Source: Felis catus (taxonomy: Eukaryota). Taken from it: a DNA stretch of 64,000 bases. The DNA lies in NCBI RefSeq assembly GCF_018350175.1, contig NC_058368.1, positions 69,938,001 to 70,002,000 of the forward strand, read 5' to 3'. The notes beneath the pieces were generated by a model, which searched no databases, had not been told where the DNA came from, and worked only from the letters and a program-made list of their open reading frames with translations. Every line of letters starts with the position of its first letter. Positions within the stretch are counted from its first letter, which is position 1. This document shows positions 23,469-36,800 of this stretch, piece by piece. The position numbers and the translations under genes were made by a program.

Positions 23469-26400
23469 GAGGATATATGTAAAATAATGCAAACTCCGGC
23501 AGGTAGGAAGTGCTTGATGACTAGGTTTCTTTGCCAACTCACAAAAAGCCAGCTGCTTCCTCCGACTGCCTAGTGCCATCCTGAGGAACGGCGACCCCTG
23601 CTGGAATTTGTACCTGAGTCCCAGACAGGATGGAAGTCCACTAATGCCAGTCCCAAGAAAGAAGCTTCTAGAAATAGATATTCATTGGGGTACTTGGGTG
23701 ACTCAGCTGATTAAGTGTCTTACTTCGGCTCAGGTCGTGATCTCACATTTTGTGAGTTCGAGCCCCGCCTGGAGCCTGCTTCAGATTCTGTGTCTCCCTC
23801 TCTCTCTGCCCCTCCACTGCTCACGCTTTGTCTCTCTCTCTCTCTCTCTCTCAAAAATAAACATTTAAAAAAACTAAAAAAGAGAGAAATAGATATTCAT
23901 TATCTGATGAGGCTTTCTGTTGTGTATGCATGAAAGATTCATAATAAGTATTTCTGACATTCACAAAAAAGGCCTTTTGTTGGCACCACATATTCGCGAG
24001 CATGTTCTCGTCCGCCATCTTGTGGCCAACCTGGGGAACTTCCAGACAAACAGTGTGTCACAACCTCACTTAGTCAAAGGAAATTTCCCACAGCTGGGCT
24101 TGGCTAGAGCCATTTGGCAAAACACCTGTGGACATTTGATCAGGCCCCGGTGCTACCAGTCTTCTTAGGCTCCCAATGTTTAGAAACAGAAAGCAATGGA
24201 GGTGACTGCTTGTTTGGGTAGCTTTTGCTGGGGGACAGCTGGGAGGAATGCCTAAGGGTCACCTCCCCCAGAGCCGAACCTTGCCTGGCCTTTGTCCTCC
24301 TATTCTGACACAGCCTCTACCGTGACCCTGGTCACACCCAGACCCCCACGATTTTGTCTGGCTACTCACTAAAGGCTTGTAAACTTCACAAGTTTATTTA
24401 TCTATTTTGTACCCCCGGTATATTAAACTGTATTTAGCACAGAATAGGTGCTCACTAAACAGTTGTTACAGGGATAAAATAAAAATTGCTAGAGCACTTG
24501 ATAGAGCACTTACTACATGCCATGCACTATATGAAGCCCAAGCACTTTCCATGCACAGTCTTATAAATCATGTGTCAATATTCCCAGGAGTGGCCCTGGA
24601 ACTTGCTTAGTCCCCGACAGACAAGGACAGTCAGTGCCCGAATTAGTCGGCTTGGGCAGCCAGAACAAATGCCACAGACCCAGGGCTTAGATGACAGAAA
24701 TGAATTTGCTCACAGTTCTGGAGGTTGGAAGTCCAAAATCAGGATGCCATGAGGGCTGGCTTCTGGTGAGACCACGCTTCCTAGCTTGCAGACAGCGCTT
24801 TCTTGCTGTGTCCACAGAGCGAGAGAGAAATCTCTCGCTTCCTCTTCTTAGGAGGGCACAAATTCCATGAGGGCTCCCTCACTTGCTCCTGGGATGCCCG
24901 CTTGAGGTCCTTAATGCTTATTGGATACACATGGGCGTGACTTTTGGGAGTTGAGTGGGCCATAATGAGGATTCCTTTCAGGTTTGTAAACCAATCCAAG
25001 GACCCAAGTAAGTTTAATGACTTACTGAAGGTTATTCTTAGTAAAGTTCAGTCTTCCCCATGACTAAAACCCTGGCTGAACGGCAGGGGGCAGCTGTGAA
25101 TACCATCTCTGCCCAAAAGTACACTTTAGGGAAGGGCTCTTGGCATCCTTTGCCCGTGACCACAAGGCTGGGGAAACCTGTCAAACTGAGTTCCTTAAGG
25201 GAGGGGGGGGGGGTGCCTGAACCTCCTTTCTCTCTCTTTCCTGTGCTGAGGGGGGCAGAGAATGGGTTGAGAGCCACCTTTGAAATGGAAACTGTTAAGG
25301 GAAACGCATTCTTGGCTCAGCACTGAGGACAGGACAGTCCCCAGGCCCACAGGCTTGCTGCCCGGGACCAATCCCCTGACTCCCAACACTCACTGAAAGT
25401 TCTTAGGCCTCCACACTGGCCTCCAGAACAGTCAGCTCTAAGAGATGCGTGAATCTTTGTTGCAGGGGTTCCAGACCAGCAGCCCGACAGATCTAGCCCC
25501 TGTTCCTTTGGAGCTTTTCAACACATCTAGGAGCCTACAAGTCTCGTTAGAACAAGCCAGATGTTACATCCAATAAAAACTCCAGTGGCTCTGAATTGTC
25601 AGAGGATAGTGGGGTGAGAGAAAGCAAGCAAGATCGAAAGCCATTCTGGTCACACTGCAGTGGATGGGGGTGGGCGTGGGAGGGGCTGCGTCCTGAGACA
25701 CCTCAGAGCCCAGAGGCCCGTGCTCTGTCTCCACTGTTTACTGACTTTGATCAGGTTGGAGTCAGAGGCCCCAGACACACGGGGCTTTCTCTAGAAAGCC
25801 TGCAGTCCCTCTGACATCACGGCCTGGAGCCAAGTGGAAGGACTTTTTATTTATTTATTTGTTTTCTGGAGGCCTCTGAGAGGTTTAGGGAATGGGGAGT
25901 TACTGTTTCATGAGTACGAAGATCCAGTTCTGCAAGGTAGGAAAAGTCCTGGGGACGCAGGGTAGTGACGCTCGCACAGCAGTGCGAGTGCCCTTCATGC
26001 CACCTCAAGAGGGCTACGTGGCAAGTTTTGTCACGTATATTTTACCACAGTTAAAAAAAACCCGAACAGCTTGCACATTCTCTGCTGTCCTCTGCCTGCT
26101 GTCACTTCCGGTCTCCTTTTCTCTCCAGCACTGTCACTGGCTACCACTCCTTCTGTGGCTCACGTCTCTCCCCTCGCCCCAAGCCCCTGCCCCTCAGGGT
26201 GAGACGCTGGCCCCTGCAGGTCCTCAGAGCTAAGCACACCGACCAACCCACCGGAGGAGCCACTGCCGGGATGCAGAACTCAGATCCAAGGGAGGGGCTT
26301 CCGGTGTTTTCAGAGCACCACAAGGTCCTTAGAGGAGGTCCTGGCTCCCTCTGAGATGGTAAATGTGTTTAATCTTTTCTGTTTCATGCTTCGAGAACAG

Positions 26401-26544
26401 GGCTTACCAGTCCCTCCTCCCTACATATCTCCCTCCTGTCCATCTAGCCCAGCCCTGGGTTGTCCGTCCTGGGTTTCAAGGGAGCTGCTTCTCTGAAGCT
26501 CTCTGGTGCCCCCTTTACAATGCCCTCACCAGCACGTGTTTAAA

Positions 26545-26970
26545 GGAGACAGAATAGCCAGGTGGTTAAGAGGCAGGTCTTTCTCTCTGCTCAGACTTGC
26601 TTGGGTTCAAATCCTGGCTCAGCCCTCTGCTAGGTATATGGCCTGGAGCAAGTAACTTAAGCCAGTTACTCCTCAGTTTTCTTAACTCTGAAATGGGGGC
26701 AAGAAGACTTTCTTTAGTATTGTTAGAGTTAATCCCACACCGTCCATTAAACATTGGCTGTGAGAGGCAGGTTGGTACAGTGGCTGGAAGCCTGGGCCCT
26801 GGAGCCAGACTGTGGATACGACCTTGGGCAGGTTACTTGGTTTCTCTGTGGCCGTTTCCCCCTCTTTGGAATGGGAATAATAATAGTAATCTACATTATA
26901 GGGCAGTAGTAAGGATTGATGCTTGTAAACTTCATGCAATAACGTGCCTACAGTGTCCAATAAATGTTGT
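26545..26970 (+). mobile_element. Two adjacent MIR fragments
   Basis: gggttcaaatcctggctc...gcaagtaacttaa...cctcagtttt...tctgaaatgggg; second copy accttgggcaggttactt... Confidence 0.8.
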
Positions 26971-27484
26971 CTACTGTTTGCCATTTAAAACAATGATGCT
27001 GCAAAAAAATGCCATAATGCGTGATGAAATGCATGCAAAGTGGTCAACAAAAATCAAACTTGAACATACATTTAATGAAGTAATTTTATAGGGGCGCCTG
27101 GGTGGCTCAGTCGATTAAGTGTGCTATTCTTGGTTTCGGCTCAAGGTCATGGTCTCACTATTCATGAGATTGAGCCCTGAGTTGGGCTCTGTGCTCACAG
27201 CACAGAGCCTGCTTGGGATTGTCTCTCTCCCCTCTCTCTCTGCCCCTCCCCAGCTCACATGCTCTCTCTCTCAAAATGAATAAACTTAAAAAGGAAAATA
27301 AAGTAATTCTATAAAGTCTAAAATAGACTGTAAGCTACATATTTAGTACCCCCAAGAAAAAGAACATCCGCAAAAGTAAAAACAATAGCAAGAGAAATAT
27401 GGAAACAAAACAAGAATAAGCTATTATGAAAAAGATTCATGTGTATATTGTAAACACTTCTCAAAATAGTTTGGCTTTTAGGGG

Positions 27485-27962
27485 CAGGTGTTCCCCACTT
27501 TCTGAAAATTCGCATTATGCCACTTGACTTTTACAGAAACCTACATTAGTGCCTGTTGTTGCTAGTAGAAAGAAATCCAACGAGCATTTTTACTCTTACA
27601 AAAAAAGAGGGGGGTGGAAACCAAAATAGCATTTAGTGCTGGTTTTGAGGCCAGTGTCGTAGCGGCTGCACACGCCCCGAGCAGCGAGAGCCGTGCAGCC
27701 AAGCTCCTTCCCGGAGAACCACACTCAGCCTCTCGGCATCAAGCCAGAAGAGCTTTGAACTGTGTCTTTGAGTATCTGGGCTTTACCTCCATTTCCTCTG
27801 TGCATCTATTAGCAAGATGTGTTGTAAGGTATCAGCAGAGCCTGAGAGAGGTAATTGTGGGGGTCTGGGGGCATAATGGTAATGGCTTCTTTGCTTTCCG
27901 CCATTTGAGCTGACAGAAGGCTTCACGGGAACACCCCACTTTCAGAGAGCGGGCAAAACCTG
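27485..27962. mobile_element. TcMar-Tigger-type DNA transposon (non-autonomous)
   Basis: TIRs caggtgttccccactttctgaaa vs reverse complement of right end caggttttgcccgctctctgaaa (19/23 match). Confidence 0.8.
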
Positions 27963-28646
27963 TGTAAGTGATGAAGTCCTACTATTTTCAACAAAAGCAC
28001 TTCCAGTGCAGGTGCTCTCCCCAATCCATGCTGAAGCGTATTTAGCAGTCAGCCAACAACCGAGTCAGTGTACCATTTGGTTTCACATTGATCAGCCCGG
28101 AGCTTAGAGAAAGGCACAAAGCAAGAAAACATGAGGACCGAAAGACCCTGCGTTATTGACTTAGCCGGATGTGTCCCCTCCGCTGTCCCCGCGCCATGAC
28201 GTTTGCTATCGTCCAATACCTTGCATCTACAACACCCATGCTGTCACCTGTCAATCTTGATGATGTTTGGAGAAGTGGCTAATAATAGCTACAGGGAGGT
28301 AGCTATTTGACTCTGGAAACTCAGCCCTGAGCAGCACAGTGGCCTACTTCCATCTGTGCTCTCTCCTCATACCATTTAAAGATCAATAGAAACCACGTAG
28401 GCATCATCTCCATTCATATGCAAAGCATACCTCAGTGTTCATATCAGAGTCAAGGGGGTTTCATTCAAACATTGGGGAGTCTATTGTGGGCCAGATACCT
28501 TCAAACCAAGGATTTTTAAAGCTTCAGATTGTATGGTATTCTTTGCCTTGTAGGAGAAATGAAATCTAAAAGGTCCACTAAAAATCTGAAAGGACACTTA
28601 GGACTAGAATATCTTTCTTTGGAGGATTTAGAATTAGTTCTCTTTC

Positions 28647-28878
28647 TTTTTTTTTTTTTTTTTAATTTTTTTTTTCAACGTTTATTTATTTTTGGGACAG
28701 AGAGAGACAGAGCATGAACGGGGGAGGGGCAGAGAGAGAGGGAGACACAGAATCGGAAACAGGCTCCAGGCTCTGAGCCATCAGTCCAGAGCCTGACGCA
28801 GGGCTCGAACTCCCGGACCGCGAGATCGTGACCTGGCTGAAGTCGGACGCTCAACCGACTGCGCCACCCAGGTGCCCC
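28647..28878 (-). mobile_element. Young cat-type Can-SINE
   Basis: Perfect 16-bp TSD gaattagttctctttc 28631-28646 / 28879-28894; long T tract. Confidence 0.96.
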
Positions 28879-29909
28879 GAATTAGTTCTCTTTCAATGAT
28901 TGGCCAGAGCAGGTAATGACAACTGAGCCCTCGTCACTGTAGCTACTGGTCTGCTCCATCAAAGGCACCACATGCGAGTCAAAGGGCAGAACGATCAGGG
29001 AGGCAAAATTAGTAGTTCCTCATAGCTACTCTTTCATGCCAGACTTCGTTCATTAGGCTCATTCCCCTCACTGTTGAACATTCAGTTCTCCGCCTCTACC
29101 AGCATACCCCTCCCAGCCTGAGGGGAGCACGTTGAGGCCCACTATGTTGCAGAGCATGAATGGAGAACGAGACACACACAAGAGCTTTCAGCCTAGGCAG
29201 AGTTGGACAGGGCGAACGGCGTGAGTGCAGTGGGTGGACGGCCGGGCTGGGGATGGGAAAACTCCTGGGGGAAGTGGCCCGAATCCTGAAAATCAAGAGG
29301 ATTCAGCCGGGGGTGGGGAAAGGGTGGCTAGAGAGTATGTGTCTCAGGACCTGAGTTTTCTTCTGACCTGGAAATGAGAACTTGACGCTTTCCAGAAGAG
29401 GGTCATTGTTGGTTGGATTGGAGTGACCAGAGAGAAAGGAGATGTGTCATGAGAAGAGAAAGCCTCGTGGGCCTCAGTTAAAGAAGGAGGACTTGATCCT
29501 AAGGGTCTTCAGCAAGATTTGAGAGTCACGTTGCTTCTCACTCTGGGGTTTGGAGCCTCCCCTTCCTTCAGTGTCCGTCGTGCAATCGATCTTCCTAATC
29601 GATCACAGGGGCAAGTCCTGTGATCCTAATCCTTCCTCCTAATCGATCACAGGGGCAAGTCCCAACATTCAGAGCTGTACACAAGTTTGTTTTTGTAGGA
29701 GTGACAAAGCAGAATTTTCTGGGTCTGGTAACCTGAGATAAACACTTACAGGAGGAATCAAGCGCGAAGTCTTTATAACGCTCTACAAGAATTTTCGTTC
29801 CAGCAGAAAAATGCTTATGAGTATCAAGAAAAACAAGATGGTACATAAATATGCACGTAGAAACCTCTATATCCCTGGGAAAAATAGGACTGGGGAGAAA
29901 TAAACCTTA

Positions 29910-30649
29910 TATTTCATGTTCCTGGAATTTATTGTACGTGGGCATTGCTTTTGTTCATACTTTTATCAACCTCTGATGACACTGTATTGAGTGTACACGA
30001 CTTTTAGAATCAGGACCCATGTTAAGGATTTCTTATCCTACCCCCAGAACACACAGACACTTGCTCTTAAGAACAGGAAGGTATTTCATACATTCCTGAA
30101 ACTCCAAAAGTCATTACTGGCCTTTACCTGAGCGGTCTTTTGAGTCACACAAAATTTAAAGAGGTAGGGAATGGAAAAAACAAAACAAAAAAACAAAAGG
30201 TAAAGTTATCAGTTAATACTAGCCGGTGCTTATTATATTCCATTCTAAAGCCTGTAAATTCACTTTTTCACATTGGCTCCTGCCGCATCGAACAGTGTTT
30301 TCAAAGAGTGCTGGAATGCAAACAATATGGAACTTTGCCACCCTTTCAAAAAGTTTAGTCCAAAATAACTTCATTCATGTGGTAGAAAAGGAGTTAAAGG
30401 CAGGATATAGACTCATGGTTGTAGAAGTGTACGTGTGTGTGTATGTGTGCATGCTTTAAATATGACTTTTCTTTAAAAAAAAAAAAAAAAAGACTTCTTC
30501 CAGACTTTTAGGTTCACCGCTGGCAGCTTTTAGAAAAGAGCTTTCTTGGTTCGCAATTCTGAAGTCTTCCCCATCAGTGTCCTGCCACCAGGGGACAGAA
30601 GCCAGGGCATGTTCCGGACCCAGTCCGTCCTCCACTTGCTTCCTGACAT
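29910..30649 (-). other. SLC15A1: SLC15A1 3' UTR (about 740 nt; end approximate)
   Basis: Unique sequence between the stop codon and a minus-strand AATAAA with a downstream U-rich tract. Confidence 0.7.
29928..29933 (-). terminator. Polyadenylation signal AATAAA of SLC15A1
   Basis: Plus strand tttatt at 29928-29933, followed on the minus strand by ...gaacatgaaatataaggtttatttctcccc (U-rich downstream element). Confidence 0.7.
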
Positions 30650-30835
30650 TTACATCTGCGTCTGTGAGACGGGAGTCACCGTGGAATAGCTATTTTCCAG
30701 GCTCTTTTTCTTGTCATCATCATCAAACTGAGCCTCGATCTCCGCTGGATTGATGTAAGTATAGAAACGGGCCATGATGGCAAATATCACGCAGACAACC
30801 AGAAGCAAGGCCGCAAACAGAACGTACTCAGCCCA
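30650..30835 (-). CDS. SLC15A1: SLC15A1 exon 23, coding part (186 bp incl. TAA)
   Basis: tttcaag|TGG...CAG ATG TAA; encodes [61 protein letters not shown]. Confidence 0.97.
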   Translation of the reverse strand, partial: WAEYVLFAALLLVVCVIFAIMARFYTYINPAEIEAQFDDDDKKKSLENSYSTVTPVSQTQM

Positions 30836-33800
30836 CTTGAAAGGAATTGGAGTTGGAGCAAGAAAAAAAACAACAGAGACGATACAGGTTATGGTAAGGT
30901 ACGCATCGGGAGCACGTTTTCTTGCTATGTCTAGGTAAGAGGTGCTTTGTGATTAAATCGTTATGGACAATTGGCAGCTGTTACCATAGATACAGAATGG
31001 CCCGCTTTGCTTGAGTGCCCAGGTATAAAGATAACATTTTTTTAGCAGCAGCTGGAGTGCAAAAATCAAGAGTTTGGGGAGATGAGAGAAAATTTCTGAA
31101 AAACCCGCGTTAAGGGACATAGCTGGCCCCTAGAAGGATGGGGGCCCAGAGAACACCACACAGTACCCTTGAGGGAAAAATAATGTGCTGAATTGTTCTA
31201 AGACCCCCAAGTTATCTTTCGGCAGTATCTTGAGGTTATGAGCACACAGCATTAGCGTATGCTCCGATGGGACCAGAGAGAGAAGAAAAGAAACAGACAG
31301 GGAAAGGGACGACCCCTTATGAGGTACACATGCCGAAGTGTGGAAGGGAACGGTTTCAGTATCAGAAAAGCCCTCGTTTTATGTTAGCTGGAAAAATTAC
31401 AATCGCCTTTAGAATGGCTCCACCTTTAGATATTATGAAGCTTTCTGGAAAATATGTCTGGCTTGGGGCCATTAAGCTGCATTCACAGAAGCTAGGAAAG
31501 ATCTTTCCTTTGGCAGTAAACCACACTAGGATGTAGGTATGTTAACCCAACCTAGTTATTTTGGTTGTCACCTTCCAACTGTGCAACACCAAGGGTAAAT
31601 ATGGAGAATCAGCACACGCTTGGCCAAAAGACTGTTTGCTCATCACCCTCTCTGGCTGGTTTTATCCAATCATTACCCAATCATTAGAGTCATCATGACG
31701 ACCAGTGACACATAAGACAGAGGCTCGTACGATCTCTTTGTCCACTCTGTACCTGTTCGCTGAACTGGCCTGCTCCTGCTACAATAAGCACAATGATGTT
31801 GCCGACAGCCACTGTCAACAGCCATCCCGCCTGGAGCACCGACTTCATGTTGGAGGGGGCCTGAGGAAACAAAACAAAGTGAATCCCGATCTAAGCTGCG
31901 ACCACAGAGCTGGAGAACACAACTTACTGATTCTTTAATTAGGCAGCTCACCCTAAAAATGCACACTGAGGGGGCGCCTGGGTGGCTCAGTCAGTTGAGC
32001 GTCCAGCTCTTGGTTTCAGCTCAGATCATGATCCCACGGTTCGTGGGATCGAGCCCCATGTGGGGCCCTGCGTGGACAGCACAGAGCCTACTTGGGATTC
32101 CGTTTCCCTCTCCCTTTGCCCCTTCCCCCTCTAAAAAGTAAATAAATATTTTTAAAAATGCACATTGGGGTGCCTGGGGAGCTCATTCGGTCAGGCATCC
32201 AACTTTGGCTCAGGTCATGATCTTGTAGTCCTGTGAATCTGGGCCCCGTGTCGGGCTCTATACTGACAGCTCAGAGCCGGGAGCCTGCTTCAGATTCTGT
32301 ATCTCTCTCTCTCTCTCTCTCTGCCCCTCCCCTGCTCACACTCTCTCTCTCTCTCTCTCTCATAAATAAACAAACATTAAAAAAATAAATAAATAAAAGC
32401 TAGGCCTTAATCAGTGTGTTTACTGGTAGCTATGAAGAGATCTCAACTGAGCCTTAACGATCACAAAGACACGGACCCGGAAGTGAACGCCAGTAGGAAC
32501 AGCTGACATCTTAGTTGTTTCAGAGTATAGAATTCGCTGCCTATCATGACCCTGGTCACGGTCATTAATACAGTTCTTCCCACGTAGGACTCTAAATCTC
32601 TAGTATATGATATGGGAATTCAGCATCATATGATATACACCCCCAAGAAGCTAAACAGAGTCATAATACTATTCGACGACTTGGTCATCTCAAAAGCCTT
32701 GTTTGGTGGAATTTATCATAATGCTTTCTCGCATTTTCTGAACTATGAACGGAGAGCTTATGTAAATTAAGTCCCAGCAGCATTTTTTGAAGGCAGGAGC
32801 CTGGGGGAGGGGTGGTAGAAACAGTGACCAAGAGACCTGAGAATATGAGAACTCCAATCCCGTGACAGAGAAAACCACTTCACCGCAGGTGATCAGGAAA
32901 TACTGTGGGATCTGCAGAGCCATGTTAACTGTGTTGGGTGCAATATCTTCAAACATGTGCAATTCAGCACAGCCGTCACTCTAAACCGGTAAGGCAAAAA
33001 GTGAGAAGAAATTAAAATGGAGATTGCTTCTAAAATAAAAATTGCTCAAACAGGCAAATGGAGTCTGGACTTCTAGGATCACGTCAGATGATTTGTCAAG
33101 GAGGTACACATTTTAAACGTAAATATGCAACAGTGCATTTTATGTTCGTGATGAAACGGCCTTGGTGAGATTTGAAAATCTGTTCACCAGTGTTTTTCTC
33201 TTAACTCAGAGAGCACATTGGAAGTCGGGTTTGTTTAAAATGTTGCCATCTCTTTGGACTAAAAGTTGGTAAGTCGTGTAAATAGATTATGAAGCAGCAG
33301 CAAATACTAGCCAGCATGAACTTTTAGAGTTAATTGGTCTGTTTATTTTTATTCTAAAAATGACAGTGAACTTAAGTCAATGCTAAGTTAAAGGATCAGT
33401 GGAGAACTGAATGAATTCTAAGCCCATTTAAAATACAGACACTAATATTACCCCAGTTAAATCATTAGCATGACCTAAGTGTTTGCGTAGAAGTTCTGAT
33501 AACAACAGAATGAGTTACTGACCTTCCTTCTGATTACATAGGTATAGGCACTACCGAATTCCAGGTTGGATGATTGGAAATCATTCTTACACTGTGGTGG
33601 AGTCTGTTGTGTTGGGCTTAGCGTAAAGCTTTTTCTATAAAGAGAAAGAGTAACATAGGTAAACATTCCTGGTTTTAACAGCTTCGATGTATTGTTTAAA
33701 GAAGAAGACTCGAAACCCTTGAACTTTAGAGCACAGTGACCGGTACTTACACGCCCAAAGGAAAAAACTGATATTCGCTGGCATTGTGACTGGTGACGTT

Positions 33801-36800
33801 CACATACACTTTTCCATCCATTGTGATGTTGAAGCTGTCATCGAAACTATTTATAAATCTGAAACAGAAAACCATCTGTCTTGTGACTGGACTATGGGAT
33901 ACTTGGCTTTAGGTCATAGTTTGTGCACCTGAACTTGGGCTATGCTCTCTTTTGGAAGGAGTTTAAGATGTTTACAGATTTCTAGACTATAAAGGCAGAA
34001 AGAAGCAACCCTAGGTTGGTCCTTGTTCACCTGCTCATGAAAACACACCCCAAAGAATTTACCACAATTCTCTCCCCACAGCTGTTCTAAGTACTTTGTA
34101 ACTAGGTACCATTTCTTTTCTTAAGTTTATTTATTTATTTTGGGGAGGAGGAATGACATGAGCGGGGGAGGGGCAGAGAGAGAGGGAGAGAGAGCATCCC
34201 AAGCAGCCCCAACTTGGGGCTTGATGTTACAACTGTGAGATCATGACCTGAGCTGAAATCAAGAGTCGGACGCTTAATGGACTGAGTCCCCTGGGTGCCC
34301 CACTGGGAACTATTTTAATGGTATGTTAGGCTGTTAGTATGGATTGAAATAGGTGCCGAGCACCCCCTTCAAGAAGGCAGCGTGTCTTGTGTTCCTTGCT
34401 CAGAAGCTTTAGAGCTAAAGCAGTGAAGCCCATGTAAATAGTCCATGAAGAAGCATCAAATACTGGTCAGCGTGAAAAGCAGAAGTTGCCTGGTACCCTA
34501 ACAGACAGTCTCCATCGGGGGCTTCTTTTTGGGGGGTGGGGATGGAAGGCCATTTCCTGTCCTTTACCTCTTAGAGCCTGAGCAGGGACAGGCTCCAAGG
34601 AGTGGAGAGGAAGAAGTGGGCCAGTTCAGCAACCAGAGACAGTTTTGGGGGAGCTCCCTTCAGGTCTGCAGGTCCTCGAGTGATGGTGACTGGCACCCCA
34701 CTAGAAAACAGATAGGAGGGCAGCACCCACAGGACTTACTGCTAGGTTCCAAGGCTTCCGGGTTCTGCAAAGTCCCCTATGCCTAAGCTACACATGGAGC
34801 CAGTTGAGTTGTTTGCCTTCAAAGGACCATATAGATGGTGACAGTGTAGACAGATGATTAGATCCCATCCTTAAATGTTCTGGGCTGAAGACGCTGATGC
34901 TCTTGTCCTTCACAGGAGAGGAGGGTGCTGCCCCAAATAAGACCAGCTGATTTTCCCCACCAGATAGGTGAGTGAAAGCTTTCAGCAGGTTATCCAATTT
35001 AAAGAATGGCAAGTAATGAGATTGTATACCTAAGTACTGTAGAGAACAATTTAACCTGTACATTCCTAAAACATATGGCCGAATTTCATCAGCTTTGTGG
35101 CAACAAGTATTGTCGGTCAAATTCTAGGTACTGGGAGAACATTTCCCTGAATTAAGCTCAGGTGCTGAAGTCCCTGGGCATAGGATTTGATGTAGTTTGA
35201 CAGGTGCTTAACATAGAACACAGAATGTGACACCGGTCAGCAGGACCCTAGGTCCTAGGTAGACCCCTAGGAGTGAAATGGCTGGGTCATATGGTCACTC
35301 TCTGTTTAACATTTTGAGGAACAGTTTTTCAAAGTGTCTGCATCATGTTGTCACTTTACATTTCCACCAGCACTGCTGAAGGATTCCGACTTGTCCACAT
35401 CCTCACCAACACTTGTGATTGCCTTTTTTGTTGCTTTTGTTTTTGTTTTTGGCTAGAGCCTAGTGAGTGTGAAATGGTATCTCTGTGGTTTTGATTTGCA
35501 TTGCCCTCATAATTAATGATGCTGAGCATCTCCTCCTCTGTTTTTAGGCTGTTTGTATATTTTCTTTGGAGAAACGTCTCTCTAAAAATGTCCCATTTAG
35601 GGCAGGGGAGAGGGGAAATGGGTAATGGGCACTGAGGAGGGTGCTTGTTGGGATGAGCACTGGGTGTTCTATGTAAGCGACGAATCACCGGGATCTATGC
35701 CCCCAAACAAGAGCACACTGTATACATTGTGTGTTAGCTAACGTGACAATAAATTATATATTAAAAGAAAGAGTCCCATTTAAAAATTGGGTTATTTGTG
35801 TTTTTACTCTTGACCTGTAAGAATTCTTTATACGTTCAGAATCTCTCATCAAATATATGAATTGCAAATATTTTCTCTCATTCTATGGGTGTTTTACTTT
35901 CTTGATGATTTCATTGGTAGTAAAAAAGCTTTCTATATGATGAAGCCCAAGTTACTATTTTTTTCTTTTGTTGCTTGTCCTTCTGACTTCATATCCAGGA
36001 AACCACTGTCTAACCCAAGGTCACAAAGATTTACTTCCAATTTTTGTACCACCAGTAAATAAAAATACTTGTAAAATATTGGGGTTTTTACTTTGCTCAT
36101 TCGTTTAATATATTTTAAAATTATTTATTAATTTGTTATAATAATTTATGTATATACTTAATAACAGATAACATATTCATACATTTTGGGTATATGTTCA
36201 AAATATTTTTATTGGATGTGATAAAAGTTTTGAAGCCTACCTCTCTAGGGAAACTTTGCACATGGGGACAAAAATACACGTATGAATGTGAATTATGGCT
36301 GTTTGGAAAAATGGCAGTAGCCTAAATTTCCCTGAAGAAGAGAATGGGTAAATAAATTATGCGGTGGAATTTTATATAGTGGTTTAAGTGAGTGGAGATA
36401 AGGGATACGTATAGCCATATGGTTAAATATTAAAATACTATTTTATAATATTATAGAACATAAGCAGGAAAATAACATATTAACTTTAAAAAGACTCAAA
36501 AACATTATTTGTAAATACGTACATATATAGCAATATGTAATGCTAAAAAATTCATGAGAAAGATCCATATCAAATTCTCAACCAACTTTTGACCAAAGTA
36601 TCATTACTTCATGTAAAGGACTCTTTGAAGGTAGTCCAGATATGTATTGCAACTAATTTACCGATACCACATAATTAAAAGGATTCCATTTTAATTATGT
36701 ATTCTTTCTGTGTATTCTTTCTTTAATTCATGCATTACTCAGAAATCTGACCTCCTGAAATTCTTGGAGTTGTCCTATTTATCAGTTTCTGACATTAGTT

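Noticed and set aside
26597..27091. 164-aa ORF
   Set aside because: It runs through two MIR relics, has a non-ATG start and shows no homology that I recognise.
32775..32820. Acceptor-like cccctcccccag|GCTCCTGCC (APA...) resembling the start of exon 22 (APS...)
   Set aside because: It is only 36 nt from the exon 21 donor, too short for an intron, and the similarity does not extend beyond a few codons.
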